The notes below the pieces were generated by a model, which was not told where the DNA came from, did not search any database, and worked only from the letters and a program-made list of their open reading frames with translations. Position numbers and translations under genes: made by a program. From IMG/VR virus record IMGVR_UViG_3300030061_003198: a stretch of DNA of 64,000 nt, one strand, 5' to 3'. Shown piece after piece: positions 55,284 through 64,000 of the stretch. The DNA is from a virus. Each line of letters starts with the position of its first letter. Positions within the stretch are counted from its first letter, which is position 1.

Positions 55284-56684
55284 TTATTCTACAGATCCTT
55301 CTTCTTCAGAATTTGTATTAGGATCTGGAACACGACCTAAATCTTGAGAAGGCCATGTTTGTAATTTATCTAAATCTTGATGAAATTTTACAACATTGTT
55401 ATTAAATGGTAAAATAATTTGATTAGTGTCTCGATTATATGTAGCTATATCATTTTCTAATAAAGACATTAAGATTCCATCTCTAGCTGCAGAAGTAGTG
55501 GTAGTATCATTTGGAAATTCTCCAACTTGTTCAGTAAAATTCGGCGGATTGGTTTGATAAATAAAATTGAGTATACCATTTTTAGTAACTGCTTCCGTAT
55601 TTATCATACTATCTGTTATTATTGCCCAACGAATAGCCTTATCCATATCCCCAGATCCATCAAAATCTCCAGAAATCCAATTAGGAGCTATAGATCTTAA
55701 GATACTATATTCAGTTGATTCTCCACTTTGCCATTTTTCAAGATCAAATGTCATTTTTCCACTTGCACGATTACCGCTTGATATAGAAGATCGTAAAGAA
55801 TCTTCTGCAGAATCCCATTGTTTCAAATATACATTACCATTTCTAATAAAGAAAAAATCAGTTGGTCCTGATTCTTGGCTTTTATGTTTTTCAGCAACTT
55901 TTTTAATAATTGCATCAACCGCTTGATAATCATTTAATGAGTTTATTCCTACAGTCGAATTTAAAACATTTTCGAATTTCGCAGCATTAAATCCACCGGC
56001 GCCTACTCCAATTAAATTTGCTAAATTACCAGGAAATGTTGCAGTCTTTGGATTTGCTGATACTATAACTCTTACTGCAACTTGATCCATACGTTGCGGC
56101 GTACTAATTTTTTTTTGTTGAGTTTGTTGTGATATTTTGAAATTTGTATTAAACCAATTTTCATTTTTATCTCCAATATAAACTGATGCATCCCAAATAG
56201 CTTTTTCATCATAATCTGTTGCCCAGTTAACATCTGTCCATTCCGTTCGATCGCCAAGTTTCGGATAATTTGTTAGATATATAATATCGTCTGAACCACG
56301 TAATAATGCCTGGTTTTGCCCTACGCTTGGAGTAATACTTTTTATCGATGATTTAAAGCCTGATGGACTCAATAAATAATCCATTGCAGAATAAAAATCA
56401 TTAGCTATAATATCGTCTACATCTTCAGCAAAAGCTTTAGCAGCTTCCAGTATCTCCCAAGCTAATAAGTCTATCGATCCACCTGAAGGAATCTCATGAT
56501 CATATTTATCTAATTGTATTTGAAATTTAGCATTTTCACCTCCTGGAAAATAAAATGTTTTTCCCGTTGAAGCCAATTGGATCTTCCATGTCATATTGCT
56601 ATTATTATACTTCTTTAATTGTGGCAGGCTGATTGGAGCATCTGCTTCCTGTAATATTTTTCTAGCTATATTTGTTAATTTCAT
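55284..56684 (-). CDS. Hypothetical protein; likely start 56684 (MKLTNIARKILQE); possible internal head protein
   Basis: AAGGA RBS before ATG 56684, just after the upstream stop codon. Confidence 0.6.
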   Translation of the reverse strand: MKLTNIARKILQEADAPISLPQLKKYNNSNMTWKIQLASTGKTFYFPGGENAKFQIQLDKYDHEIPSGGSIDLLAWEILEAAKAFAEDVDDIIANDFYSAMDYLLSPSGFKSSIKSITPSVGQNQALLRGSDDIIYLTNYPKLGDRTEWTDVNWATDYDEKAIWDASVYIGDKNENWFNTNFKISQQTQQKKISTPQRMDQVAVRVIVSANPKTATFPGNLANLIGVGAGGFNAAKFENVLNSTVGINSLNDYQAVDAIIKKVAEKHKSQESGPTDFFFIRNGNVYLKQWDSAEDSLRSSISSGNRASGKMTFDLEKWQSGESTEYSILRSIAPNWISGDFDGSGDMDKAIRWAIITDSMINTEAVTKNGILNFIYQTNPPNFTEQVGEFPNDTTTTSAARDGILMSLLENDIATYNRDTNQIILPFNNNVVKFHQDLDKLQTWPSQDLGRVPDPNTNSEEEGSVE

Positions 56685-56694
56685 ATTAATATCC

Positions 56695-57876
56695 TTAACC
56701 TCGGTCATTCTTCCTCTTCTTCTTGTTATTCTTTTCTCCATCCTCTGGCTCAGTTACTGCTTCAGGAGGATCTTCTTGTTTATATCCGTTTTCTTTATCG
56801 TTCATATAAGCTTCGCCATGTTCGGCCCATGCAGCTTCCACAACTACAGACATATCACCGGTGGCATCTAATATAGAATCACCTGTTCGATCTTGATTAA
56901 AATCTGTATTCATTCTAACCCAATTTCGAAATGAATTAATTTCAGTAACATTTCGAAATGGCATTGCGTCTTCATTATTAGTTATAGTTTCTGTTTCTTC
57001 CGGTTCTGGTTCTTCTGTGCCTAAAGCTTTTTTAATTTCTTCTTTTGATAATGCTGTTATAACTCTTTCACCTTCTTCATAATCAGCATAGCTTACATAA
57101 AACCCATCAGTTGTTAATAATTTTTCTGCAGCTGTTTCACTAGCATCATCCCATACACCGGTAACTGGAATCTTCCTCTTTTTTTGCCACGCTTTCAAAA
57201 CTGTTTCTAAATCTTTATCAAATAAATCACTTCCTTCAGGCAATCCAACTAATTGACGTATTTTATTAACTATCGGTTTATAGGCGTCTAGCTTTACATC
57301 TACTGCAGAAAATGGAATCCATTCCATCCATTTTTTATTGTTTTTTTCTATTGCATCAGCTTTAACTTGTTTTTCTTTTTCAGAAGATCTAAGATCTTTT
57401 ACTGCATTTTTAATTGCATCTAATCCATAATATGTAAATTTTCCTGATGAAGGTAATTTTGTATCCGATCTAAATTTAGATGATAATGCAGTTATATTGT
57501 CAACAAAATCTTTTTTTAATATTATAACTAACCATTTCTTTCCTTTATAAGGTTCTACTAATGCAATATTCGACAAAGTAGGATCATTTAATCTAGTAGT
57601 AAGGTCAAAAGCTATACCAAAATCAATTCTTAAATTTTTTAAATTATCCATTTTAGGATAATTTACAGGAAATAATTTTTTGTCGCCATCTTTCATTTTC
57701 CCTTGTTTTGGAGGCGTAAATATATATACTTGATATAAATCTTCTCTACCATTAAAAACTTGTAATAATTCTAGTTCATTATTTTTTAAATATTTTTCAA
57801 ACTGTTTCGCATTCATTGTGCTATAAGCATTACCAGCAGCACTTTCGTCTAATATTATTTGTTTTAATGTCTTCAT
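56695..57876 (-). CDS. Protein with a peptidoglycan-binding-like domain; likely start 57876 (MKTLKQIILDE)
   Basis: LKAWQKKRKIPVTGVWDDAS resembles the PG_binding_1 repeat; late motif 4 nt upstream of the ATG. Confidence 0.55.
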   Translation of the reverse strand: MKTLKQIILDESAAGNAYSTMNAKQFEKYLKNNELELLQVFNGREDLYQVYIFTPPKQGKMKDGDKKLFPVNYPKMDNLKNLRIDFGIAFDLTTRLNDPTLSNIALVEPYKGKKWLVIILKKDFVDNITALSSKFRSDTKLPSSGKFTYYGLDAIKNAVKDLRSSEKEKQVKADAIEKNNKKWMEWIPFSAVDVKLDAYKPIVNKIRQLVGLPEGSDLFDKDLETVLKAWQKKRKIPVTGVWDDASETAAEKLLTTDGFYVSYADYEEGERVITALSKEEIKKALGTEEPEPEETETITNNEDAMPFRNVTEINSFRNWVRMNTDFNQDRTGDSILDATGDMSVVVEAAWAEHGEAYMNDKENGYKQEDPPEAVTEPEDGEKNNKKKRKNDRG

Positions 57877-57880
57877 TTTA

Positions 57881-57888
57881 TATAAATA
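57881..57888 (-). promoter_or_regulatory. Putative late promoter TATTTATA (leaderless)
   Basis: TATTTATA-TAAA-ATG. Confidence 0.65.
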
Positions 57889-57892
57889 TATC

Positions 57893-58438
57893 TTACCAAT
57901 CAATCATGACTAAATTTCCATTCCATGTCATTATATTGTCTGGTTTAAAGTCTAATGAGATATCTAAGTCGCCAATTCCTGTCTTTTTTACTTGTTGTTC
58001 TAATGCTCTTAAAAAGCTTCCAAATTTTGGATCAATATCACGAGCGCCGTCTGCATTTAAATAATCAAATATACTAGTTTCACCACCTTGTTGTCTAGCA
58101 AATTCTTTATAATTTTCATAAAAATTTTCAATTTGCTGTTTAGATTTAGAATCCAATTGTTCAGCTTTATTCATGATATACATTTTACGTTCGCTATCTG
58201 AATAATGTACTGGTATAAATGCATTAAATTCTCCATACCTTCCAACAATAACATCAGCAACAGCTGTTTCATCAGGTTCTGTAGTTATTTTAAATAATAA
58301 ATCTTCGCCATTTAATTGATATACTTTTCCATTATCACCTCTATTAAAAAATGTATAATCTTTATTTTTTATTTTTTGTAATAATCTAGTTGCTTCATCT
58401 TCAGCAATTTCATTTAATATATGTTTTAAGTTTATCAT
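57893..58438 (-). CDS. Minimal protein kinase-like (PKL fold) protein
   Basis: RGDNGKVY Gly-loop, LFKIT...E, DFKPDNIM catalytic loop, IDW. Confidence 0.7.
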   Translation of the reverse strand: MINLKHILNEIAEDEATRLLQKIKNKDYTFFNRGDNGKVYQLNGEDLLFKITTEPDETAVADVIVGRYGEFNAFIPVHYSDSERKMYIMNKAEQLDSKSKQQIENFYENYKEFARQQGGETSIFDYLNADGARDIDPKFGSFLRALEQQVKKTGIGDLDISLDFKPDNIMTWNGNLVMIDW

Positions 58439-58442
58439 GATA

Positions 58443-60383
58443 TTACCTCGTTACAATATTTTTAACTTGTGTTCCTTGTGCAATATCTTTAAAATTACCT
58501 GATGTTATAACTGTTGTCGCTGGAGGTGGTGGTGGAGATTTTGAATTATTTTTAACTGGTTTATTTTTATCTAAGTCAATTGATATTAAAAAATTCATAT
58601 CAATGTCATTTCTATTTTTTACCGGCTGGCCTAGTTTACCTATAGCTAATAATTGACCTACATCATTATATAATCCTATTGTAGTAATATAAGGTACAAA
58701 GTCGCTGCCAGTTGCCCAAGATTGTATATTCATATTATTGTCAGTTAAAATAGAAGGGTTTTGTGATATATTAAAATCATTTTCATCAACCCGAGCTAGT
58801 ATCGAATGTTCATATAATTTAACTGTGCTTTTATAACTAGCAGTATAATTTGTAGTTATTAATTCATTATATCTATAATCTGGACTAGATATTACTATTA
58901 AGCCTTGCTTATTAAATACATTCCCAACCCTATTAGTTTGCAATACTCCTCCGCTCACACTACGGTCCATTAACGTGCTTATATGTGCTTGTGTTAACGT
59001 CTTATTAAAAATCCTAATTTCATCTAGATATCCACTATAACCTTCTAATCCGGAGCCATAGCCACCTATTTTTAATCCATAATCGTTGTTAATTGTAGCA
59101 GACGATGTAAATGGAGAATTAAATTGATGTTTCAATAAATTAAAACTACCAGATGAATGTTTTATTCCATTTAACCATAATTCTAAATTGCTTCCGGACT
59201 TTTGACATACAACATGATGCCAAGAACTTGTTACTGCTGTCGAAGAAGTAATTTGTGCTATATAATTAGTCGCGCCTGCTGCCGAAAAATGTAATTGTTT
59301 TGAACCACTTAATTCTATTTTAAATGGATAAACATAATCAATTGAAGATGAAACTTTACCTAATACTAACATCTTTTTATTATGAGATGTTACCGACGCA
59401 GATATAAAAAATGATATTGCATAATCTTCATATCTATCATAGGTGCCAGGCAAATCTGTTTCTATATACCCCGATCCTTTAAAATTAACAGATTTACCAA
59501 TTGGTAATTTACTGCCATATGAACCAGATATTCCAGTTTGAAATGATAATCTATTTCCTCCGTTTCTATCAATTATTGATTTTGGATATCTAGTATTAAA
59601 TCTAGATTCATCGAAGTATTCATTGAATCCTTCAGAAAAAGTTTCTTGTCCTGGAAATGAACCTGTATTGATATCATTATTATAAATATTTGAGTATCGA
59701 TCTGAAAGCAAATTATATTGTGCTACCGAAGGCAGACTTACATATGAAAACGGATGAGTGAAATCTTCGGAAGCGTCATTTATATCATCTCCACTAATGT
59801 CAAATGTTCCCGTGACAGTACGAAATGTTAATGTCATAGGAGAAATAGTAGACGATATTACTATTCCTTGAAAACTTGGATTGCCATTTTGTGAAAATGT
59901 TTCTCCTGGTATAAGTAATCCGCTAATGCCACTTCCGGAAATTTTAATATTATCATCTGCTAAAGAACTAGTTAATGTAAATGATGCTGGTTTTATTCTA
60001 TCACCCATTTTAATCTGAGGGATACTAAATACAGATGCTGATTCATATAAAAATTTAGGAGATCGATTTAAATCTGTTGGCCCATGTGTTTTTGAAGGCT
60101 CATGTTTACGTTTATAAAATAATTGGTCAATTGAATTGTATATTGCAAATTGATATGAACCATCGGAATTGATAGCATCATTAAATGGTTTACTACTAGA
60201 AATATTAGGAAATCCTTCCACATATATTCCTTGCAATTGACTATAATTTTCAGATACAGCACTTCCAGAATAAAATGTAAATTGTTTATGTGCTTCAAAC
60301 GGATTTACAGAATAATCAGTAGGCTCAATTTTTTTAAATACGGTTGGAGCGACTCCTTTATATGTTGTTATTTCATTTGACAT
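58443..60383 (-). CDS. LamG-containing baseplate/structural protein
   Basis: WHHVVC...YSGYLDEIRIFNKTL; C-terminal YITTIGLYND domain. Confidence 0.65.
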   Translation of the reverse strand: MSNEITTYKGVAPTVFKKIEPTDYSVNPFEAHKQFTFYSGSAVSENYSQLQGIYVEGFPNISSSKPFNDAINSDGSYQFAIYNSIDQLFYKRKHEPSKTHGPTDLNRSPKFLYESASVFSIPQIKMGDRIKPASFTLTSSLADDNIKISGSGISGLLIPGETFSQNGNPSFQGIVISSTISPMTLTFRTVTGTFDISGDDINDASEDFTHPFSYVSLPSVAQYNLLSDRYSNIYNNDINTGSFPGQETFSEGFNEYFDESRFNTRYPKSIIDRNGGNRLSFQTGISGSYGSKLPIGKSVNFKGSGYIETDLPGTYDRYEDYAISFFISASVTSHNKKMLVLGKVSSSIDYVYPFKIELSGSKQLHFSAAGATNYIAQITSSTAVTSSWHHVVCQKSGSNLELWLNGIKHSSGSFNLLKHQFNSPFTSSATINNDYGLKIGGYGSGLEGYSGYLDEIRIFNKTLTQAHISTLMDRSVSGGVLQTNRVGNVFNKQGLIVISSPDYRYNELITTNYTASYKSTVKLYEHSILARVDENDFNISQNPSILTDNNMNIQSWATGSDFVPYITTIGLYNDVGQLLAIGKLGQPVKNRNDIDMNFLISIDLDKNKPVKNNSKSPPPPPATTVITSGNFKDIAQGTQVKNIVTR

Positions 60384-60386
60384 ATT

Positions 60387-60428
60387 AGTAAAAACCTGTT
60401 ATACTTTATATAATATAAATATAACAGG
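60387..60428 (-). terminator. Terminator-like hairpin containing the late motif
   Basis: CCTGTTATATTTATAT-T-ATATAAAGTATAACAGG followed by TTTTTACT. Confidence 0.6.
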
Positions 60429-60449
60429 CTATAATTCATTGGAGTAAAT

Positions 60450-61745
60450 TTAAAAATCTAATTTTACTCTTACCAATGCTTCTTTTGAAAAGTTTTTCAA
60501 TAATGGCTTACTTAATTTAGCTACAGCTAATAATTCTTGACTATCATTATATAACCCAATTGTTGTGATATATGTTGACGGATCGCCTATAAATGTTGTT
60601 TGAGTAAACTCTCCTACACTACCTGTCGTAAAAGATGGATTATTTGAAAAGTTATAATTTCCATTTTTTACTCTAACAAAATAATGAGTACTTGTAATCG
60701 TTTCTTGATTCCTTGCTTCAAACGATTGGCCATTTGCACCAAATGATCCAGATATTGAATGAAATAATGCAAAATGATTATTGCCTTCAGAATTAGAACC
60801 TGTATTAGTAGCAAATCCTAAGTCTTGATCTAACATTTTACCATCTAAAACAATTGAACCATATTTTGGATAAAATAATCCATAATATATTGGATCTGTT
60901 GGATTATGAATTCCATTATCAATACTACCTGATACTACATTGAATACTTTTCCTGAAGATGTAGATGTTCCTGCAGATATTGATGAGTCATCGATAAATG
61001 TGAATGTCTTTGCCGATCCGGATAATTCAACTGATCCTGTTGCGTTCGTTGCTCTAGAAGAAGATATTGTAGATAAAGGTAATTGCCAATTTCCGGCGTC
61101 TAATTGTTCTTTCATTCTATTTCGTTGTACATTTACAACATATATATATTCTGTACTTCCACTTCCAGCTGTTATAAAACGTGATGCATCTTGTTCTAAC
61201 AATAATTGTTTATATTGAGCATAAACAGCTTTAGAAGCAGGATCATCATTACCCAAATTTGAAGAACCACTTCCTAATACATGACCAAATGCACATGCAA
61301 ATTGTACAGCCGAACCAGTTAGTTGTGGAGATTTTTGTAAAACATCTACATAATATCTTCGTTGTGAATTTGTTTGAGCAGATGAAGAATAAAATGTATC
61401 TAATAATCCTTGATTATCACTCCATAACCCAGCTGTTACAATTTGTGTTTGTTTGTCTACTATATCTTCAACTGCGTTAAATCTAGAAAATGTTTTTCCT
61501 GAATTTGATAATATATTAACTTGTTGTTGATCAGCTACTATTTGATCTGCCAACTGCTGAGCTAATTGCTGTACTTGTGCATTCATATCAACAGCGCCCG
61601 CTGCGGCATTTTGTGCTGCAGGCGATGAATATGTTGGAGACTGATTCGCAGGAGACTGATTTATGTTAGATTTACCAGCATTATTGCCAGAAGTACCTTT
61701 TTGGCTTTGTTTTGGTAATTGTTTTAAAAAATTTATTTTTTTCAT
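60450..61745 (-). CDS. Baseplate/structural protein, paralogous to 58443..60383
   Basis: Shared C-terminal YITTIGLYND..LLA..KL.(Q/K)P domain. Confidence 0.6.
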   Translation of the reverse strand: MKKINFLKQLPKQSQKGTSGNNAGKSNINQSPANQSPTYSSPAAQNAAAGAVDMNAQVQQLAQQLADQIVADQQQVNILSNSGKTFSRFNAVEDIVDKQTQIVTAGLWSDNQGLLDTFYSSSAQTNSQRRYYVDVLQKSPQLTGSAVQFACAFGHVLGSGSSNLGNDDPASKAVYAQYKQLLLEQDASRFITAGSGSTEYIYVVNVQRNRMKEQLDAGNWQLPLSTISSSRATNATGSVELSGSAKTFTFIDDSSISAGTSTSSGKVFNVVSGSIDNGIHNPTDPIYYGLFYPKYGSIVLDGKMLDQDLGFATNTGSNSEGNNHFALFHSISGSFGANGQSFEARNQETITSTHYFVRVKNGNYNFSNNPSFTTGSVGEFTQTTFIGDPSTYITTIGLYNDSQELLAVAKLSKPLLKNFSKEALVRVKLDF

Positions 61746-61764
61746 GATTTTATTTGCCTAATAT

Positions 61765-62430
61765 TTATGAAGATTGTGAAGTGGCAGTTTGAGTAGTTAC
61801 TTTTTTAACTGTTAAATTAATAGTAGTACTACCACCCGTTTCATTTCCAATTATAGTAATTGTAGTAGTTTTATCTTCAGTTGCCTGATATTTTGCTCTA
61901 ACTTCAAATACAAATCCTGCAACTGCAACACTTTGTGCATCTTCATTATCTCCAACAAATCTAGGAGTCGTTGGTAATGTAGAATTTGATAACGGTTGTG
62001 TTACAATTATATCAGCACAATCACTATTTCCTAATATTGCTGTGTAACCCAATGTAGAATTTCCGCCTTGCAAATTACTTGTATTTGGTGAAATTAAAGA
62101 AGTATCACCAGGGCCTAATAATGTTATACTACCATTACCTACTGTAACAACTGGAATTTGCGTCGTTGCTTTTGGTAATGATACCAATTTATATTTTAAT
62201 GCTTGAGTTTCATCCGGAATAGCTTCTGTTATAGGCATATTTTCAATAATTATACCATAGTAATCAGTACCCAACGGATGGTTTGGATTCCATAATGAAT
62301 AATCAATCTCATCGTCACCAACTGCAAATTGTGTAATATTAAATGAATTATCACCCCTTGCTAGTAGTTCACGTCCTTTCAATGTTAATATCGCATCGAC
62401 TGTAACTGAACTGTTATTTAAATATCCCAT
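61765..62430 (-). CDS. Structural protein, baseplate/fibre-attachment-like
   Basis: DAILTLKGRELLA...ITQFAVGDDEIDY N-terminus. Confidence 0.55.
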   Translation of the reverse strand: MGYLNNSSVTVDAILTLKGRELLARGDNSFNITQFAVGDDEIDYSLWNPNHPLGTDYYGIIIENMPITEAIPDETQALKYKLVSLPKATTQIPVVTVGNGSITLLGPGDTSLISPNTSNLQGGNSTLGYTAILGNSDCADIIVTQPLSNSTLPTTPRFVGDNEDAQSVAVAGFVFEVRAKYQATEDKTTTITIIGNETGGSTTINLTVKKVTTQTATSQSS

Positions 62431-62489
62431 ATTTTTTATTACCTTTATTAATAAATATTACAATGTAATATTTTTCTATCTTTTTAAGT

Positions 62490-64000
62490 TTATTTATTGC
62501 CTACTACAAAAGTACCACCACTTCCTCCGCCTTGTACAACAACTGTATTCGGATTTGCAGGAATAATTTCAACAACTGGGCCTCCATCAACCGTATCAGC
62601 TGATGCTATATTAAAATCAGGACTAGTCATTTGACAACCATTATATTCTAAATTTGCAGTGCCTGCTGGGGTAAAATCTTGTATTTCTGCGTCACGATAT
62701 ATAAAAGTTGATACAGATCCAGACATATAATATAATTTCATTGATACTTTAGATACAGTAATTGTTGAATTACCGAGACCTTGATAAAATTGAAATCCAA
62801 ACGACATTCGATTCGTGCCAGTTAATGCTGAATATAATTCTGCAGAAGTCAATCCCCATGTATCATCAGGCCCTCCATATGTTTTAGTTGACTGCGAAGT
62901 AGTTGGCCATAAAACAACAAGCCCAGGAGTGTACACCCCCTTGTTTTCTCCAACATTTATATCACTTGAGTGATCACTATATAAACTAGCAGTATAAGGA
63001 ACTGAATAACCCTGGGTCGTAGTTTTTGCTTCAACATCAACTTCTAAGCCTAACAGATTACCAGCATCACTAATACTAAGTAGCGAGCTCCATGACCATG
63101 AAGATGCATGCAAAACATCTGAATATTCGGTGGTCAGTACTTCACTAAACGTATCACCGCCAGAAGTTATATTATTAGGATTAATCCAATCATGTTCTGT
63201 GCCAGGCTCATACGGATTAACTCTAGTAGACCCATTCCCGGGAAATTCTTTGAAACTAGATGTTGATGTAGATGACGCAGGAGTTTCAGAATATAATAAT
63301 TGATATATTTCTGATACTCTACTAGAACTAATATATGGAGTAACAGCTTCGCAATATCTAGAAGATGTTACAGTGAGCCATGAGCTTCCTGATCTTATAA
63401 TTTCCGGATAACAATATTGAGTTCCATCAAATTTTGTGTCTGAACTACTTGTTAGCATTGCTTGGTATTGATCATCATCGTTACCAGAAGCAGAAATTAT
63501 ACGATTAATTTGACCATTATATACATCGTAACTAGAAGTCAATGAGTTTTTAGTAATTTGTATTGTATCAGAAAATGTATCTAATGTGTTAGATATTGTC
63601 GGTAAAACTGTACCTTTACTTCTTTCTAATATATTTGGTTGTATTAATAATCCTGTTATTTTATCAACTCGTGCAGGAAGTAATTGATCTAATTGTCTAA
63701 AAAATGATAAATCAAACATTGAAAATATTTTAATATATGCATTCATATCATTTTTGTCAATATATTTTTTCCAATAATCTTCTGCTACTCGTATTAAATC
63801 TGGATATGCATTTGAATCTTGATCTCCCGGATCACCAATAAAGTTATCTAAACTTGTAAATCCTAATTGTGCAATGACATCTTCATTAATCATTGTTTGT
63901 GGAGAATAATATACTCCTAATTTTTTACTATCTAATGGTGATTTATCAAATTGACTTCGTTCGGCTCTTGTTTTTAAATCTAATGTTCCAACTAAGTTAT
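62490..64000 (-). CDS. Large baseplate wedge-like protein, 5' end outside the window
   Basis: Frame stays open upstream of M63893 to the window edge; LLPARV...GLLIQPNILERSK. Confidence 0.6.
   Translation of the reverse strand, partial: NLVGTLDLKTRAERSQFDKSPLDSKKLGVYYSPQTMINEDVIAQLGFTSLDNFIGDPGDQDSNAYPDLIRVAEDYWKKYIDKNDMNAYIKIFSMFDLSFFRQLDQLLPARVDKITGLLIQPNILERSKGTVLPTISNTLDTFSDTIQITKNSLTSSYDVYNGQINRIISASGNDDDQYQAMLTSSSDTKFDGTQYCYPEIIRSGSSWLTVTSSRYCEAVTPYISSSRVSEIYQLLYSETPASSTSTSSFKEFPGNGSTRVNPYEPGTEHDWINPNNITSGGDTFSEVLTTEYSDVLHASSWSWSSLLSISDAGNLLGLEVDVEAKTTTQGYSVPYTASLYSDHSSDINVGENKGVYTPGLVVLWPTTSQSTKTYGGPDDTWGLTSAELYSALTGTNRMSFGFQFYQGLGNSTITVSKVSMKLYYMSGSVSTFIYRDAEIQDFTPAGTANLEYNGCQMTSPDFNIASADTVDGGPVVEIIPANPNTVVVQGGGSGGTFVVGNK

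Noticed and set aside
4261-57903. Longest-ORF starts at 4314, 17724, 18524, 56741 and 57903
   Set aside because: Downstream ATGs coupled to stop codons, RBS or promoter motifs fit better (4260, 17685, 18503, 56684, 57876).
222-61480. All plus-strand ORFs and short nested minus-strand ORFs in the track
   Set aside because: They are shadows of long minus-strand genes with biased codon usage and have no RBS or motif support.
1-64000. Stop-codon recoding
   Set aside because: Core genes are full length in code 11, and TAA, TAG and TGA all end genes at tight junctions.
1-64000. tRNA or rRNA genes
   Set aside because: Intergenic gaps are short and AT-rich, with no cloverleaf or T-loop pattern seen.

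Overview
AT-rich segment of a large T4-like contractile-tailed phage. Every credible gene lies on the minus strand and reads in standard code 11. The window holds most of the morphogenesis module: terminase, portal, prohead protease, scaffold, major capsid, neck, tail terminator, several fibres, sheath, tube, tail chaperone, tape measure and baseplate. Replication and recombination genes are interleaved: an atypical family-A polymerase, a primase, a fused SbcD-SbcC nuclease and a T7 endonuclease I-like enzyme. A phage ribosomal protein bS21 with a Bacteroidota-type KAxYIQ tail suggests a Bacteroidota host (inference). Patterns not explained by ordinary annotation: (1) a TATTTAT(A/T) motif before about 20 late genes, the reverse complement of the T4 late promoter; (2) candidate capsid-packaged proteins sharing an N-terminal M..LK..(L/I)xE signal, including a minimal kinase and a peptidoglycan-binding protein, plus a nucleotidyltransferase-ligase polyprotein and a nuclease-like protein with related sites; (3) an [S/T]-G-S tripeptide confined to outer virion proteins, a possible modification sequon; (4) a +1/-2 programmed frameshift in the tail chaperone; (5) two structured intergenic RNA candidates; (6) terminators with a shared ACTGTTT tail. 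All calls come from motifs read by eye, with no database searches.
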